Position numbers and translations under genes: made by a program
Notes under the pieces: model-generated
Seen by the model: only the letters and a program-made list of their open reading frames with translations
What the model was told of the DNA's origin: nothing
Database searches by the model: none
Shown here: positions 9,595 to 19,118 of the stretch, piece after piece
Layout: the number at the start of each line of letters is the position of its first letter
Numbering within the stretch: position 1 is the stretch's first letter
NCBI GenBank assembly: GCA_046539845.1
Contig: JBKHGE010000004.1
Coordinates: forward strand, 62,001 to 100,505
Source of the DNA: Desulfonatronovibrionaceae bacterium
Lineage (GTDB): Bacteria; Desulfobacterota; Desulfovibrionia; Desulfovibrionales; Desulfonatronovibrionaceae
DNA: 38,505 bases
Reading direction: 5' to 3'

Positions 9595-10274
9595 ACCTCC
9601 CGGTGGGCACTCTGATCAACGCCCTGGCCGTGATCGCCGGAAGCGGTGTGGGCCTCTGCTTGGGGGCGCGCATCCCGGACCGGGTGCACAAAACCGTTAT
9701 CCACGGCATCGGCCTGGCCACCCTGCTCATCGGGATGCAGATGGCCCTCGAGGTCCGGGACATACTGCTTTTGGTATTTTCCGTTTTGGTCGGGGCCCTG
9801 GCCGGCGAGGCCCTGGATCTAGAAAAACACCTGAACCGGCTTGTAAATATACTCAAAAAGAGGATCGGGTCTAAAAACAAAAACTTCTCTCAGGGGCTTA
9901 TAACCGCCTTCCTCATATACTGCATAGGCTCTTTGACCATCCTCGGTGCCCTGGACGAAGGACTGCGCAACGATCCCACCCTGCTTTTGACCAAATCGGT
10001 GTTGGACGGATTCACCTCCATCGCCCTGGCCGCCACTTACGGCCTGGGGGTCATGTTCTCCGCTGTCCCCCTCTTGATCTACCAGGGGACGATTACGATC
10101 CTGGCCGGATATTTTCAAGCCGTTTTCACCCCGGTCCTCATCGCCCAGCTGACCGGAGTGGGAGGGATCCTGGTTCTCGGGCTGGGGCTGACCCTTTTGG
10201 AGATAAGAGAGATAAAGATCACCAATCTGCTCCCGGCTTTGGTCATGGTCTTTATCCTGCAGGGTTTTTTATAG
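9591..10274 (+). CDS. DUF554 (YdfK/YqgA-like) membrane protein
   Basis: GTLINALAVIAG, YCIGSLTILG, TKSVLDGFTSI, IYQG, NLLPAL; GTGA overlap with the CBS gene. Confidence 0.9.
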   Translation: MNLPVGTLINALAVIAGSGVGLCLGARIPDRVHKTVIHGIGLATLLIGMQMALEVRDILLLVFSVLVGALAGEALDLEKHLNRLVNILKKRIGSKNKNFSQGLITAFLIYCIGSLTILGALDEGLRNDPTLLLTKSVLDGFTSIALAATYGLGVMFSAVPLLIYQGTITILAGYFQAVFTPVLIAQLTGVGGILVLGLGLTLLEIREIKITNLLPALVMVFILQGFL

Positions 10275-10339
10275 ACCAAACCGGGATGAAAACGGACTTT
10301 TACTCCTATTTCCGACAACAATCAACACGGCGTGCGGAC

Positions 10340-10372
10340 AAAAAACCGGGGAGGGGCAGCCCCCTCCCCGGT
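10340..10372 (-). terminator. Rho-independent terminator of the opu operon
   Basis: ACCGGGGAGGGG-loop-CCCCTCCCCGGT followed by a T run on the minus strand. Confidence 0.85.
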
Positions 10373-10397
10373 CAGCAAACCCGGCTGAAAATGTCTC

Positions 10398-11306
10398 TTA
10401 GATAAGCCCGTTCTTTTTGAGCCACTCCTCAGCCACTTTGCCCTCGTCTTTGTGTTTTACATCCACTTCCGCGTTCATTTGCTGCATCTCTTTCGTGTTC
10501 AGCTTATCAGACAAAGGCTTCAATATGTCCCGTATCTCCGGATAGTCATCCAAAGCCTCTTCCCGGATCACCGGAACGGGATTGTAGACCGGAAAGAATT
10601 TCTTGTCGTCCACGAGGTTGACGAATCCAAAGGCGGCTATACGACCGTCCGTGGAAAAGCCCATAGCCACATCCAGCTGTCCCTCCTTGAGCGCCTTGTA
10701 CGTCAGCCCGATGGACATCTTTTTCACATCTTCAGAAGAGACCTCGAACCCGTAGGTCTGCATCACCTTCTGAAACCCGTCCGGGCGCTCCCAGAATTCC
10801 GAATCCACCCCGTAGGTCAGTTTCCCGGAGTTTTCATTCTGGTATTCGGCCAGATCAGAGATGGTCTTGATCCCCAGGTCCTCAGCCTCGTCGCCGCGCA
10901 TCATAAGCGTATAGGTATTATTGAACTTTACCGGGGCCAGCCAAATCAAACCTTTTTCCGCGTCCTTTTCCTTAACCCAGTTGTAGACCTCCTCCGAGTC
11001 GGTCATTACCTCTTGATCCGATTGCTCGTAGTATACAGTATACCCGGTCCCGGTATATTCGTAATACAGATCGAACTGCCCGTTTTCCAGGGACTGCCGG
11101 GCTATATTCGAACCCACCCCGGTCTTAACGGTAACATCAAATCCGGCCTCCTCCAAAAGATCTGCCGCCAGATTGGCCAACAAAAACTGCTCGGTAAAAT
11201 TCTTCCCGCCCACGGTAATTTCCTTCTTATCACCGCCGCAGCCGACAAATGCTAGGCAGACCCCCAGCGCCAGTATTACTACAAAAAGCTTCCTAGAACC
11301 ACTCAT
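10398..11306 (-). CDS. Glycine betaine/choline/carnitine ABC transporter substrate-binding lipoprotein (OpuCC/OsmF type)
   Basis: Lipobox-like FVGC, VGGKNFTEQ, YYEYTGT, FNNTY, EFWERPDG, STDGRI, DDKKFFPVY. Confidence 0.93.
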   Translation of the reverse strand: MSGSRKLFVVILALGVCLAFVGCGGDKKEITVGGKNFTEQFLLANLAADLLEEAGFDVTVKTGVGSNIARQSLENGQFDLYYEYTGTGYTVYYEQSDQEVMTDSEEVYNWVKEKDAEKGLIWLAPVKFNNTYTLMMRGDEAEDLGIKTISDLAEYQNENSGKLTYGVDSEFWERPDGFQKVMQTYGFEVSSEDVKKMSIGLTYKALKEGQLDVAMGFSTDGRIAAFGFVNLVDDKKFFPVYNPVPVIREEALDDYPEIRDILKPLSDKLNTKEMQQMNAEVDVKHKDEGKVAEEWLKKNGLI

Positions 11307-11374
11307 TTAGATATCCCCCTTACATGGTTATTGATTATCTCAAACGTCCAACTGCGCGCAAACAATTACCCCGG

Positions 11375-12106
11375 TTACTGCTCCAGGCGCAGGCCCTTGG
11401 AGACAAGCAGGAGACCAAGTACCTCGCATAGGTAGTCGGCAAAAAGGGCCAAGAGGGTCGTGGGAATAGCCCCGGCCAGAAGTACCCGGGTCTTCATCAG
11501 GCTTATTCCGGTAAATATCAAATCACCCAATCCGCCAGCCCCGACCAGATAGCTCAATGCCGCCGTACCTATGTTTATGACCAGGGCCACCCGGAAACCG
11601 GTGAGTATGATCTGCATGGAATTGGGGATCTCCACTTCCCAAAGGATTCGCCATCCGGGCATGCCCATGCCCTTGGCCGCATCGATCATGGCCGGGGGTA
11701 CGGCAGTAATCCCGGCCAGGGTATTCCGGGCTATGGGCAGAATGGAATAAACGAACAGGGCGAATATTGCTGTTTTCACTCCTATACCCAAAATACTCAT
11801 CATAAGGGCGAGCACGGCCAGAGAGGGAATGGTCTGGCCCAGACCGACTATGTACATGACCACCCCGGCAAACTTGCGAAAGCGTTTTCTGGTCAAAACG
11901 ATTCCTATACTCACCCCCAGCAGGGTGGCAAAGAACATGCTGATCGCCACCAGCCGGATATGTTCCCATAAGAGTTTGTTTATATACATATAGTTCGAGG
12001 GGACTGAAAGGTAGTCAACCAGTCCCACCTGCTGGGCCAGGATGCCCGTATAGATCAGAAGCATAACCAGAATAAACCGGTAGGCCTTTGCAAATACCGC
12101 AATCAT
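11375..12106 (-). CDS. Osmoprotectant ABC transporter permease
   Basis: QTIPSLA, ILPIARNT, EAA-like DAAKGMGM, GAGGLG. Confidence 0.93.
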   Translation of the reverse strand: MIAVFAKAYRFILVMLLIYTGILAQQVGLVDYLSVPSNYMYINKLLWEHIRLVAISMFFATLLGVSIGIVLTRKRFRKFAGVVMYIVGLGQTIPSLAVLALMMSILGIGVKTAIFALFVYSILPIARNTLAGITAVPPAMIDAAKGMGMPGWRILWEVEIPNSMQIILTGFRVALVINIGTAALSYLVGAGGLGDLIFTGISLMKTRVLLAGAIPTTLLALFADYLCEVLGLLLVSKGLRLEQ

Positions 12107-12771
12107 TTTCCCAGTTTCCTTTGGATTTTCACTCCCTTGGGAGTTGCCGCACTTTCCAGAAGGGCCATAAGAGCGTCCACCACAATCGCGAACAATGAGA
12201 CCAAAATGGCCCCGCTTAAGATCATGGCTTCATACACCCGGTCGATCCCCTGCTGGATATACACACCAAGCCCGCCGGCGCCTATATAGGCGGCAATCGC
12301 CGCTATACCGATATTCATAACCGCAGCGGTCCGCAGCCCGGCCAGAATGACCGGGACCGCTATGGGGATCTCCACCTCTTTAAGCCTTTGCCACTTAGTC
12401 ATGCCCATTCCCCGGGCCGCATTGACCACTGCGGCGGGGACGTTGTTAATGGCCACATAGGTATTGCGGATTATGGGCAGCTGACTGTACAAAACCAAGG
12501 CGATCACAGCCGGGACCTTGCCCAAGCCGTGTCCGAACACGGATAGAACCGGGAGCATAAGCCCGAAAAGGGCGATAGAGGGTATAGTCATGAATATATT
12601 GGCTGTATTTATAACCCGGCTGGCCAGGTTGACGTGTTTGGTTATAAGGATGCCCAAAGGGACACCTATACAGGTGGCAATAAGAACGGAAAGGCCCACC
12701 ACCCAGATGTGCTCCCAGGTCAAAAAAAGCGATCGCTCCCAGTTGTCGATCAGAAAATTCAGCACTTCCAT
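12103..12771 (-). CDS. Osmoprotectant ABC transporter permease
   Basis: TIPSIALFG, QLPIIRNT, NAARGMGM, GAGGLG; ATGA overlap with the next permease. Confidence 0.93.
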   Translation of the reverse strand: MEVLNFLIDNWERSLFLTWEHIWVVGLSVLIATCIGVPLGILITKHVNLASRVINTANIFMTIPSIALFGLMLPVLSVFGHGLGKVPAVIALVLYSQLPIIRNTYVAINNVPAAVVNAARGMGMTKWQRLKEVEIPIAVPVILAGLRTAAVMNIGIAAIAAYIGAGGLGVYIQQGIDRVYEAMILSGAILVSLFAIVVDALMALLESAATPKGVKIQRKLGK

Positions 12772-12783
12772 AGCTGTTCTGCC

Positions 12784-13917
12784 TTATTCCTCGGTTTCAT
12801 CGCTGTAGATGTCCAAAATAGACCGCTGGATATTCTGATAGCTTATGGTGCCCTCCAGATCCCCGCTTTCATTGACCACGCACAAAAGGATCAAATCATG
12901 CATGAGCATAAGAGACAAGGCCACCCGCAAATGGGTCTTGTCTTCGACCACCGCTGGAAAGTCCTCCACCAGCTCGCGGACCGGTCCTTCCTCGTATTTT
13001 AGGTCCTTGCGGGAGACGTATCCGAGCGGCTTGCCTTTGTGGACCACCACCGCATAGCGGAGGCTCTTGTCCTCCATAAAATTCAAAACCTCCGGCGCAA
13101 GAGCGGAGCCCTGGACTATATTTTTGGGGCTTTTGTTCATTGCCTCGCGTACCCGCATTATTCCCAGGACCTTAAGGGCCCGGTCCGCACCGACAAAATC
13201 GGCCACGAATTTATTTTTGGGCTGAGTCAAGATGACTTCCGGACTGTCGTATTGAACGAGGCGGCCTTCATTGAAAAGTGCGATCTTGTCCCCCATTTTT
13301 ATGGCCTCGTGGATATCATGAGAGACAAAGGCAATGGTCTTTTTCAGCTTGGCTTGGACCCGCAAAAACTCATCTTGGATCTGGTCTCTGTTTATGGGGT
13401 CAATGGCCCCGAACGGCTCGTCCATCAAAAGGATATCTGGATCAGCGGCCAGACCCCTGGCCACCCCGACCCGTTGCTGCTGTCCGCCGGAAAGCTCGGC
13501 CGGATAGCGATCCTTGTAGACATCCACTGGCAAGAGCTGGACCATGTTCAATAAATCGTCCACACGCTTTTCAATATCTGCTTTGGACCAGCCCAAAAGC
13601 TTGGGGACCACGGCGATATTCTCGGCTATAGTTTTGTTCGGGAACAGTCCGATTTCCTGAATCACATAGCCCATGGACTGCCGGAGCTTAACCGCATCCA
13701 TACTTTCAATATCGTTTCCATCCACTGTGATCGATCCGCTGCTCAGTGCCTCCAGGCGATTGGTCAACCGCAGAGTGGTGGTCTTCCCGCAGCCGGAAGG
13801 GCCCAAAAAGACAACCACCTCGCCTTTGTCAATGCTAAAAGAGACGTTATCCAAAGCGGTTATCGCCCCGGCTCCCGCCCCGAAAATCTTTGTCACCTTG
13901 TCATAGGTAATCATCAT
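12784..13917 (-). CDS. Osmoprotectant ABC transporter ATP-binding protein (OpuCA type) with C-terminal CBS pair
   Basis: GPSGCGKTT, LSGGQQQR, LMDEPFGAIDP, SHDIHEA, tandem CBS tail. The true start may be the second ATG (13914). Confidence 0.94.
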   Translation of the reverse strand: MMITYDKVTKIFGAGAGAITALDNVSFSIDKGEVVVFLGPSGCGKTTTLRLTNRLEALSSGSITVDGNDIESMDAVKLRQSMGYVIQEIGLFPNKTIAENIAVVPKLLGWSKADIEKRVDDLLNMVQLLPVDVYKDRYPAELSGGQQQRVGVARGLAADPDILLMDEPFGAIDPINRDQIQDEFLRVQAKLKKTIAFVSHDIHEAIKMGDKIALFNEGRLVQYDSPEVILTQPKNKFVADFVGADRALKVLGIMRVREAMNKSPKNIVQGSALAPEVLNFMEDKSLRYAVVVHKGKPLGYVSRKDLKYEEGPVRELVEDFPAVVEDKTHLRVALSLMLMHDLILLCVVNESGDLEGTISYQNIQRSILDIYSDETEE

Positions 13918-14307
13918 CCCTCTCCGAAGTTTTGGGCACTTTCGAATTCAGACCAAGTCAATCTTAACCGCAGGTCATCCGTACCAGATGTTTGGTGCAT
14001 ACCGCACATAAGCTTTAAAAAGAACACACTGTTATAACTAAGATGACCCTTGGATCACTAAAAACTGACCAAACAGCAATTTGGCCCTACACTGCTGACG
14101 CACACATAAACATTTTTTTACTGCTGGATTTTATGTGCTTTTTGTGCGTAAAGGCATAGCAAACAGTATTTACATTTATTTTTTAAGCATAAATCTGTGG
14201 TCTAGTCAAACGGGACAGTTATTGCCAGCAGGCCAGTTTTTGCAATCACCGGATAACTATAACCAACTAGATCCGCCCAGAAAGGGTAATCAGGCAAAGG
14301 TTTGGCC

Positions 14308-14357
14308 GCACAAAAAAGGCCCCGGCTGCTTACTTGTAGCCGGGGCCTTTTTTGTGC
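14308..14357. terminator. Strong (bidirectional-type) terminator after qrcD
   Basis: GCACAAAAAAGGCCCCGGCT-loop-AGCCGGGGCCTTTTTTGTGC: 20-bp inverted repeat with A/T tracts on both sides. Confidence 0.9.
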
Positions 14358-14372
14358 TTTTTGCGTTTGAGC

Positions 14373-15602
14373 TTAGGTATTCAGTTTTCTCTCCTGGGGA
14401 AACACCGGGAGATAACGGTAGGTCAGAGACAGAACCAGCGCTCCGTAGGCGAGAATCTCCAGTGTAGTCGCCCACTCCGCCCAGTTCGGGATGTATGTAT
14501 ACCACTGATCAAAAGGCAACACCGGATGGGCCAGAGTCTGCACGGTGAAGACAAAACGGTTGATGACAATACCCACGCAGTTCAAAATGGCCGCGATATA
14601 CAGGATGGCCGGGATATTTCTGAACGTGGGCACAATGAGCAAAACAGCCGGGATCACTCCGCATAGTCCTATTTCCGCCCACAAGAGCCACTGACCGTAG
14701 ACACTGTTGAACATCTCGTCAAAGGTCAGCCCCATCTTGGGCAGGAGGCCCACAGCCCAGAACCATGTATCCAGGATCTTCAAAAAGACATAAAAGGCCA
14801 GCAGGGTGCCGGCGATCTTGCCCATAAGCGCCTTGGTCTTGAAGCTCACCAGCCTGCGGCCGGTCACCAGCTCCATGAGCTTGGCTATAAGCATGGTAAA
14901 GGCCGGCCCGGAGGCAATGGCCGAGAGGATAAATAGAAAGAATGTCCACGGCCAGATAAAAAATCCTTCACGGAAAGCGAAAGGACGACCGAACAATACT
15001 CCGTACATGCCACCCAGTGAACCCTGATGGAAAAAGGAGAGAAAGGTCCCCACGCCGGCGAACAAGGGCATATAAACATGGAAATTGTGGGCCAGATGAT
15101 GGATAAAGGGAACTTTATTCAGCTTGCGGTTTTCCAGGATGATGGGCACGAACTCTATGATCAGCACGGTCAGATAACAGGTTATGCAGAAGATCACTTC
15201 CGTGAGCATGGAATGGACATTGGGATGCCAGTATCCGAACCAGGCCCGTAGTGGCTGACCGATGTCCAAGGTCAGGATGACCATCGCCCCAGAGTAGCAG
15301 ATAAACCCGACTATGACCGCTAGGTTTATAATGTTTTTCAACTGATCCACGCGGATGATATACACCAAAAACCCGGTGAAAAAGGCCCCGGCTCCCAGGG
15401 CGATCACAGCCAGGTCAAAGGTGATCCACAGCCCGAACCCAAAATAGTTGTCCAGACCGGTCTCCCCAAGGCCATACCCGAAAATACGGAAAGTGGCGTA
15501 CAGCCCCCAGGCCAGGACCAGGCAGAGCAGGCCCAGCCAGACCACGAATCTTCCGAAGGAGCAGCGTTCCACGCCTTCAGGAATCCATTCCTTATCAATC
15601 AT
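14373..15602 (-). CDS. qrcD: Menaquinone reductase complex QrcABCD, NrfD/PsrC-family membrane subunit
   Basis: FGFGLWITFDLAVIALGAG, LDIGQPLR, SFFHQGSLG, many TM helices; last gene of the cytochrome-molybdopterin-fold-FeS-NrfD cluster. Confidence 0.93.
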   Translation of the reverse strand: MIDKEWIPEGVERCSFGRFVVWLGLLCLVLAWGLYATFRIFGYGLGETGLDNYFGFGLWITFDLAVIALGAGAFFTGFLVYIIRVDQLKNIINLAVIVGFICYSGAMVILTLDIGQPLRAWFGYWHPNVHSMLTEVIFCITCYLTVLIIEFVPIILENRKLNKVPFIHHLAHNFHVYMPLFAGVGTFLSFFHQGSLGGMYGVLFGRPFAFREGFFIWPWTFFLFILSAIASGPAFTMLIAKLMELVTGRRLVSFKTKALMGKIAGTLLAFYVFLKILDTWFWAVGLLPKMGLTFDEMFNSVYGQWLLWAEIGLCGVIPAVLLIVPTFRNIPAILYIAAILNCVGIVINRFVFTVQTLAHPVLPFDQWYTYIPNWAEWATTLEILAYGALVLSLTYRYLPVFPQERKLNT

Positions 15603-15605
15603 GGT

Positions 15606-16373
15606 CTATTCTCCTTTGGTCTTTTCATTTTCCAGGTAGTTATCACCTTCACGCCGGACCCATTCCCGCTCGCTCAGATAATAGACCTGGGGATCAGTTC
15701 CCAGCTTTTCCAACAGTCTGAAGGCGTTCGGGCTCTTGGCCAATTTGGTCACTTTGTGCTCCGGGTTATTCAGATCGCCAAAGACCATGGCCCCGGTGGG
15801 ACAAACCTCAACACAGGCCGGGATATAGGCATCTTCAGGCAGTTTGTACGGATCGTCCCCGTTGTATCTGGCCTGTTCCTTGGCGTCCTGCCATCTATGA
15901 TGGCAAAATGTACATTTCTCAACTACTCCCCTGGGCCGGACCGAAACATTGTCGGTCAATACCTTGTCCAGGCCTTCCGGCCAGACCGGGTCGTACCAGT
16001 TAAAATACCGGGAGTGATACGGGCAGGCCGCCATGCAGTACCGGCAACCGATGCACCGCGGGTATATCTGACTGACTATTCCTCCTTCCTCATCCTTGGT
16101 GGTAGCTATAACCGGGCACACCGTGGAACAGGAAGGATTGCCGCACTGCATGCACGGCCGGGGCAGATAGGCTATATCGTGATTCGGAAACTGTTTGTTG
16201 TTTGACAGCTCATACACCAGAAGCCAGGACAGACTCCTCAACTTGTCTGATGCGTCCTTAACCGGGGCGATATTGTTCTCGGCCTGGCAAGCAACCATGC
16301 AGGCACCGCAGCCGGTGCACTTGTCCAGGTCGATGACCATCCCCCATTTTATATCGAACTCTTTTCCATGCAT
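15606..16373 (-). CDS. qrcC: Qrc complex iron-sulfur subunit
   Basis: WGMVIDLDKCTGCGACMVAC, CMQCGNPSCSTVCP, CIGCRYCMAACPY, CTFC...CVEVCP. Confidence 0.93.
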   Translation of the reverse strand: MHGKEFDIKWGMVIDLDKCTGCGACMVACQAENNIAPVKDASDKLRSLSWLLVYELSNNKQFPNHDIAYLPRPCMQCGNPSCSTVCPVIATTKDEEGGIVSQIYPRCIGCRYCMAACPYHSRYFNWYDPVWPEGLDKVLTDNVSVRPRGVVEKCTFCHHRWQDAKEQARYNGDDPYKLPEDAYIPACVEVCPTGAMVFGDLNNPEHKVTKLAKSPNAFRLLEKLGTDPQVYYLSEREWVRREGDNYLENEKTKGE

Positions 16374-16405
16374 GGCAACCTCGTACTCCTTAAAAGAATA
16401 TTCCG

Positions 16406-18457
16406 TTAGGCTCTAACCAACTTGACCTGGTTGTTGTTCCAGACCGGCAGCCCGGACCCCTTTTCCTTGTCCACGGTCATAACCTTGAACAGGTTGGAGC
16501 CCTTGTCTTTGCTGAATTCATCCCAAGCCGTGTGACCAAAGCCCAGGGCCCCAGCCACTACATCGTCGGGCACGGTTTCGGTCACATTCAGCAAAGCCCT
16601 GATCTCGCTTCGTCCGGACTGGATCTTGACCTCGCTGTCTTGAGTCAGACCGAGCTTTTTGGCTGTGGCCCGATTCACATGGACATAGGATTTTTTGCCC
16701 TTAAGAGTTGTCTCACGAATGGTCAGGACTTCGAACGGGGCGGTAGCCATCCTGGCCGTGCCGATATTCATCCGGACCATCGGGGCCAGAGCCAGCGGAT
16801 AGTCAGCGCTCTGTTTCCGGAGGCCTTCGTCCAGCACTTCAGCAGGGAGCTTAAGGTCGTCCTGAAAAACCCACTTTTTGTTCGTTAACACCTCGCCGCC
16901 CTCTAGTTTGCGCAGGCTGGAGCCCAGCTCCTTGGCCTTGGCCTTTAGGACATCCTTGAAGGAGCCAAAACCCAGATCCTTATCCAGGTCCTTGGCCAGC
17001 CCGAGGACAAAATCGGGCATGGATTTGGTGTCGTATACCGGATCGATCACGGGCGAGCACACACTGTAGGAGGTCTGCCCAGAACCGTACGGAGTATAGA
17101 CGTCGTCGTATCTCTCAAGGAAGGTGGGAGAGGGAAGGACCAGATCGCATTTGGCCGCGGTCTCGTCCAGAAAGGGACTGAAGGAGACCTTAAACGGTAT
17201 CTTGTCCAAAATGGAGGCGGTTTCAGCGGTCTGGGGCAGGGCATATGCCGGGTTGGCCTCGTTGACCAAAAGGACATCTGCCCGGCTGTCCCCTCTTTTC
17301 ACCCGGCTCAAAAACTGAACAAAGGATTCCCCTGTCAGTTCGGCCTCAGCCGGCGCCTCTTTTACTACCCGGGGGGAATCGGGCAGACAGACCATGCCCC
17401 CGGACTTGTTCAGCCGGCCCAGAATCAGATTCAAAAAGACTCCGGCCACTACCTCGAACTCCCCGGCACCCTGAGCGAAACAGGAACCGAAGACCACAAC
17501 CGGAGATGACGCCGACTTAAGAGACCGGGCCGCTTCTTTGAGTGATCCGGTGCTCACCCCGCACAGGTCGGCCACGCGGGCCGGGGTGTAATTGGCCAGC
17601 ACGTAGTCTCGGAAATCTTTGCTCCCTTCTGCGTCCAGACTGAAGCTACCGGTCTGCAGGAGATAGTAAGCGACACCCAAGAGAAAGGTTCCTTCCCGGC
17701 CGGGGCGGATCGGATACCATTTGTCCGCCACTGCGCCTGAGCCGGTTTGTATTGGACCGGCATAGGCCCACTTGCCTCTGCGGGAGGCAAAGGCGCGTTG
17801 ATTGCGGACGAGCGGCCCCCAGCTGCAGAGAGCGTCCGCACCGGCCAAAAGGACAAAATCGGAATTTTCCACATCAAATCCGGGCTGGCCGCTGCCGTTC
17901 ATGTTCCGCCAGGCCCTGCTAGTCACGCTGGCGTCACTGGGCATGGGGTAAAAATCCCGGCTGCCCAGAGCGGACAAGAAAGCGGACAACACTTCCCGGC
18001 CTGAACCGTTTTCGTCTCCGTCTACCGCAGCCACCCGAGTCCCGGCCGAAGATATCTTGTCCTGCAAGATTTTTTTGGCCTCGTCCCAGCCCAGGGACTT
18101 GAAGCTGCCGTTCTCCTTTTTCAGCGGCCCCCTCACCCGGGCCGGGCTGTATATAAGCTGTGCGGCAGAGGCTCCCAGAGGGCATATCCCGCCCCCAGTC
18201 AACCCTTTGTCTGTGTTGCCCTGGGCAACCACCGGCCTGTCTTTGATCAGCTCAATGCTCAGCTGACATCCGGCCGGGCAGAGCTTGCAGGTCGTGTCCG
18301 CCTTATAATGCGCCCCCTTGGGAACTCTGGGGATCCACGGCCAATTCTGGGTCCAAATGGAAACGTCGTCCAAAAGCTTCCAGGGCACGGGAGTGAAAAG
18401 GGTGCCTGCCGCGCCCCCTACCAAAAACGAGATGAATCCTCTGCGATCAAGTCCCAT
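16406..18457 (-). CDS. qrcB: Qrc complex molybdopterin-oxidoreductase-fold subunit (Tat-exported)
   Basis: Tat motif DRRGFISF, PVPWKLLDDVSIWTQNWPWIP, YSPARV, C-terminal molydop-binding-like domain. ATG at 18457 fits the GGGGTGA RBS. Confidence 0.92.
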   Translation of the reverse strand: MGLDRRGFISFLVGGAAGTLFTPVPWKLLDDVSIWTQNWPWIPRVPKGAHYKADTTCKLCPAGCQLSIELIKDRPVVAQGNTDKGLTGGGICPLGASAAQLIYSPARVRGPLKKENGSFKSLGWDEAKKILQDKISSAGTRVAAVDGDENGSGREVLSAFLSALGSRDFYPMPSDASVTSRAWRNMNGSGQPGFDVENSDFVLLAGADALCSWGPLVRNQRAFASRRGKWAYAGPIQTGSGAVADKWYPIRPGREGTFLLGVAYYLLQTGSFSLDAEGSKDFRDYVLANYTPARVADLCGVSTGSLKEAARSLKSASSPVVVFGSCFAQGAGEFEVVAGVFLNLILGRLNKSGGMVCLPDSPRVVKEAPAEAELTGESFVQFLSRVKRGDSRADVLLVNEANPAYALPQTAETASILDKIPFKVSFSPFLDETAAKCDLVLPSPTFLERYDDVYTPYGSGQTSYSVCSPVIDPVYDTKSMPDFVLGLAKDLDKDLGFGSFKDVLKAKAKELGSSLRKLEGGEVLTNKKWVFQDDLKLPAEVLDEGLRKQSADYPLALAPMVRMNIGTARMATAPFEVLTIRETTLKGKKSYVHVNRATAKKLGLTQDSEVKIQSGRSEIRALLNVTETVPDDVVAGALGFGHTAWDEFSKDKGSNLFKVMTVDKEKGSGLPVWNNNQVKLVRA

Positions 18458-18473
18458 ATCCAATCACCCCTTT

Positions 18474-19028
18474 TTATTTATGACAAATATAGCAGGCGTT
18501 GCTGACACCATTCTGCGCATGGCACCGTTCACACTTCCACATCTTCATCGTGTCTTCACTATAGCCTGTAAGCCTGTTCTCACGATATTTCGGAGGGGAA
18601 TCCGACTGCCCCACATCCGGATGGCATTCGGTGCAGTCAAAATCCTCGTGGGCAATATGCGAAAAATACACATTGTCCGGCTGCTTTTGATAGACCTTCC
18701 AGGGCACTTCCTTGTCCGGGTACACGTACTCCTCAACAAACTTTTCCTCGGCGGGGTCGTCGCCCAGGACATCCATGTGGCATCCCGCACAGTCATATGT
18801 GGTCGGGAAGCCGGCATAGGAACCGTCCTCGCGGTAGTCATGACACTCGAAGCAGTCCATCATCTCGTCTTCGACATGTACCTTGTGACTGAAACTGATG
18901 GGTTGCGACTTCTCACTGTAGAGCACCTTGGGAAAGACCCACCAACCTAGGATCAGCACCCCCACAAAACCCACCAGGAACGGGAGCACGATCCAGCTCT
19001 TCTGTTTTGCCACTTTCCTTCCCTCCAT
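18474..19028 (-). CDS. qrcA: Qrc complex membrane-anchored pentaheme cytochrome c
   Basis: N-terminal TM, QPISFSHKVH, QPDNVYFSH, five CxxCH motifs (CFECH, CAGCH, CTECH, CERCH, CYICH). Confidence 0.93.
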   Translation of the reverse strand: MEGRKVAKQKSWIVLPFLVGFVGVLILGWWVFPKVLYSEKSQPISFSHKVHVEDEMMDCFECHDYREDGSYAGFPTTYDCAGCHMDVLGDDPAEEKFVEEYVYPDKEVPWKVYQKQPDNVYFSHIAHEDFDCTECHPDVGQSDSPPKYRENRLTGYSEDTMKMWKCERCHAQNGVSNACYICHK

Positions 19029-19088
19029 ACCTCTTTCCTGATTAAAATTAGCGAGTTGCCCACCTATACAACTGGATAAATCGTGGTT

Positions 19089-19118
19089 ACACTATGCAAG
19101 ACCGTAAATGGGTGTCAA
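19089..19118 (-). promoter_or_regulatory. Putative sigma70 promoter of qrcABCD
   Basis: Perfect -35 TTGACA (19118-19113), with TAGTGT at 18 bp or CATAGT at 16 bp as the -10. Confidence 0.55.
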
